Of a stretch of DNA of 64,000 bases, positions 61,559 through 64,000 are shown one piece after another. Position numbers and translations under genes: made by a program. Source of the DNA: Leucoraja erinacea (lineage: Eukaryota). The notes below the pieces were generated by a model that did no database searches, was not told the DNA's origin, and worked only from the letters and a program-made list of their open reading frames with translations. Within the stretch, counting starts at the first letter, position 1, and each line of letters begins with the position of its first letter. The stretch covers positions 4,340,001-4,404,000 of the forward strand of contig NC_073393.1 in the NCBI RefSeq assembly GCF_028641065.1, in the 5' to 3' direction.

Positions 61559-62235
61559 CAGAGGACATAGGTTTAAGGTGTGGGATGGGAAAAATATATT
61601 AGGAGGGGAAAATGTAAGAGGGGTAACTTTTTTACACAAAGGGTGGTGGGTGTATGGAATGGGCTGCCTGAGGAGGTAGTTGAGGCAGGGATTATCACTA
61701 TGTTTAAGAAACATTTAGACGGGAATGTAAATAGGATAGGTTTACAGGGATATGGTCCAAATGCAGGCAGGTGGAAATAGTGTAGATGGGGCATGTTGGT
61801 CAGTGGGGGGCAAGTTGGGTCGAAGGGCCTATTTCCACACTATTTACAGTGGCTCAGATTCCTTCCCTGCCATTCAGTTCTGCATCAATTAGACTTCATT
61901 GTGGGAAAACCTGAGCAGGCAACAACCTGCCTGAGCGTTACATCAATAATTCCTCCCAGAAATAAAATTAGAACACATAAAATAAGATTAGGCTGTCTGA
62001 AATAAGATTAGAGTCTGGGAAATGAGATGAGAACATTTGATGAAGGGAAAATCCTAACTACCACAGGATAAAATTTCACAAAAAAAAAATTCAGATCGCT
62101 TATTCATGCTTGTAAATTGCAATCAAATTGCATTAGAATTATTTTTATAAACCTGCTGTTCGCCGTGCAATAATTTTGGCTTGGTATATCATGAAAAAAT
62201 GTTCGGGACCTGTACAACAAGCGATAGGTTCCAGT

Positions 62236-62263
62236 CTGAAGAAGGGTTTCGGCCCGAAACGTT
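62236..62263 (+). ncRNA. Minimal hammerhead-ribozyme-like motif in a short Penelope-type terminal fragment
   Basis: CTGAAGA A GGGT TTCG GCCC GAAAC GTT. Confidence 0.55.
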
Positions 62264-62415
62264 GCCTATTTCCTTCACTCCATAGATGCTGCTGCACCCG
62301 CTGAGTTTCTCCAGCAATTTTGTGTACCATAGGATCCTGAGTGTTTATTGCAGTGGGGCTTGTCCTATCGAAAGTATAAATTGATTTCATTTGAACCCAG
62401 CTATGAAGTTTAGTT

Positions 62416-62835
62416 GGACAATAGACAATAGGTGCAGGACTAGGCCATTCGGCCCTTCGAGCCAGCACTGCCATTCAATGTGATCATGGCTGATCATCCC
62501 CAATCAGTACCCCGTTCCTGCCTTCTCCCCATATCCCCTGACTCTGCTATTTTTGAGAGCCCTATCTAGCTCTCTCTTGAAAGTATCCAGAGAACCGGCC
62601 TCCACCGCCCTCTGAGGCAGAGAATTCCACAGACTCACCACTCTCTGTGAGAAAAAGTGTTTCCTCGTCTCCGTTCTAAATGGCTTCCTCCTTATTCTTA
62701 AACTGTGGCCCCTGGTTCTGGACTCCCCCAACATCGGGAACATGTTTCCTGCCTCCAGCGTGTCCAAACCCTTAACAATCTTATATGTTTTAATAAGATG
62801 CCCTCTCATCCTTCTAAACTCCAGAGTGTACAAGC
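62416..62835 (-). mobile_element. CR1/HER1-like LINE 3' fragment
   Basis: ORF 62504..62935 LYTLEFRRMRGHLIKTYKI...VVSLWNSLPQRAVEA; very similar to 5950-6365. Confidence 0.9.
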
Positions 62836-63519
62836 TGGTGTTTGTAGCGTTCAAGAGCCTGGTGGTTGAAGGGAAGAGGCTGCTGGATGGTGTGGGTCTC
62901 TGACGATGCTTTTTGAGGCAGCACCTCCTATACACAATGGTGGGGAGAGGTCAGTACCTGTGATAGACTGGGCAGTGTTCACCACTTTCTGTAATCTTCA
63001 TTCCTGGACCTTGGAGTTAATTAGGCCACGATGCAACCAGTCATTATGCTCTTTGCTGTACACCTGTAGAAATTATTTTTTATTTAAATTTTTTTTATTT
63101 TTTATTTTTTATTTTTGTTAGAAGCAATTATACAGAGGTAAAACATTCGGCATCTAAAATGATACAATTATCGTACAGCTTCATTTTTAACCTTATAACC
63201 GAAACTATGAAAATGAAAAAGAATAGAAGAAAGAAAAGTGAAAAGATAGATTAAAGAAGAGTCAAGGAAAGTCCCCTAACTAAGCTAAACCTTAAATTGC
63301 AATCATAGATAAATGATATGATATGCCATTTATTGTCACTATACATGTACAGTGAAACTGAAAGCTGCTCGTACTCAGTGCATACATACAATTTTACACA
63401 AAAAAAACAAGAAACAGAAAAACAAAACAGAAGGGAGATGGGGGGGAATAGGTGCACAAATTCTACGGCGCTACATACATACATACATATATACAGATGG
63501 AAGTCCGTGTTGGGCGGTG

Positions 63520-63770
63520 TAGTCAGTGCATGTGTGGATTTGAATTTATGGTAGATATAATTCTCGGGAAGCAGCTATTCCTGAGTCTGTTTGTCCTGGA
63601 TTTGATGCACCTATAGCGCCTTCCAGAGGGCAGCAGGTCGAACAGTCCAAACGCAGGATGGGAGCTGTCTTTGGTGATCTTCTTTGCCCTGCTAAGGCAG
63701 CGGGAGGTGTAGATGTCCATCAGGGAGGGGAGAGGGCAACCAATGATCCTCTGCGCTGTCCTGGTTACCC
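63520..63770 (-). mobile_element. Rex1-like LINE ORF C-terminus
   Basis: ORF 63523..63720 RCLSRAKKITKDSSHPAFGLFDLLPSGRRYRCIKSRTNRLRNSCFP. Confidence 0.8.
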
Positions 63771-64000
63771 TACACTACACTGCTACACTACCAAAGCAGT
63801 GTAGCAGAAAGATATAGAAATGAAAAAAAAAAAAGAAAGCTGTGGAGACACTGGTATTATTCTCGTTGTAGGGCATTGATCATTCTTATAAGCTGGATTT
63901 TTAACTCATGGATTGTGTTTTAAAAAATATATAATTTATGATGCTTTTATAAGTGATATACTTAGATTTTTTATGTACTTTATGATATTTTTAATATGCA

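Noticed and set aside
59585-64000. heatr3 exon 6
   Set aside because: I found no matching YCLxTVTEDN-like exon in the remaining sequence; it presumably lies beyond the window.

Overview
Vertebrate genomic DNA, most likely a cartilaginous fish (skate/ray-type, inferred from HE1-like SINEs and HER1/CR1-like LINEs). It is not prokaryotic, and almost all ORF-track entries are spurious or transposon-derived. By reading splice sites by hand I reconstructed four genes. (1) Coding exon 1 of znf423 (minus strand, runs off the left edge). (2) A complete 8-coding-exon, 347-aa NCOA5-like gene (minus, 16058-30890, non-coding exon 1 near 34590), which is absent from this position in the human ZNF423-CNEP1R1-HEATR3 block. 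(3) A complete 125-aa cnep1r1 (plus, 34843-42731, with one U12-type intron), sharing a head-to-head CpG promoter with the NCOA5-like gene. (4) Exons 1-5 of heatr3 (plus, from 49507, continues off the right edge). Introns and spacers are dense with CR1/HER1-like LINEs, HE1-like SINEs, Rex1-like LINE pieces and Penelope-like fragments carrying minimal hammerhead-ribozyme motifs. They also hold a deleted Harbinger transposon with a TAA target-site duplication (TSD), a Harbinger-type MITE, a non-autonomous Helitron, and an L1-type insertion with a 16-bp TSD and a perfect 71-bp fold-back. Exon coordinates are base-exact by my reading; repeat boundaries are approximate. Gene and family identities come from recalled sequences, not from database searches.
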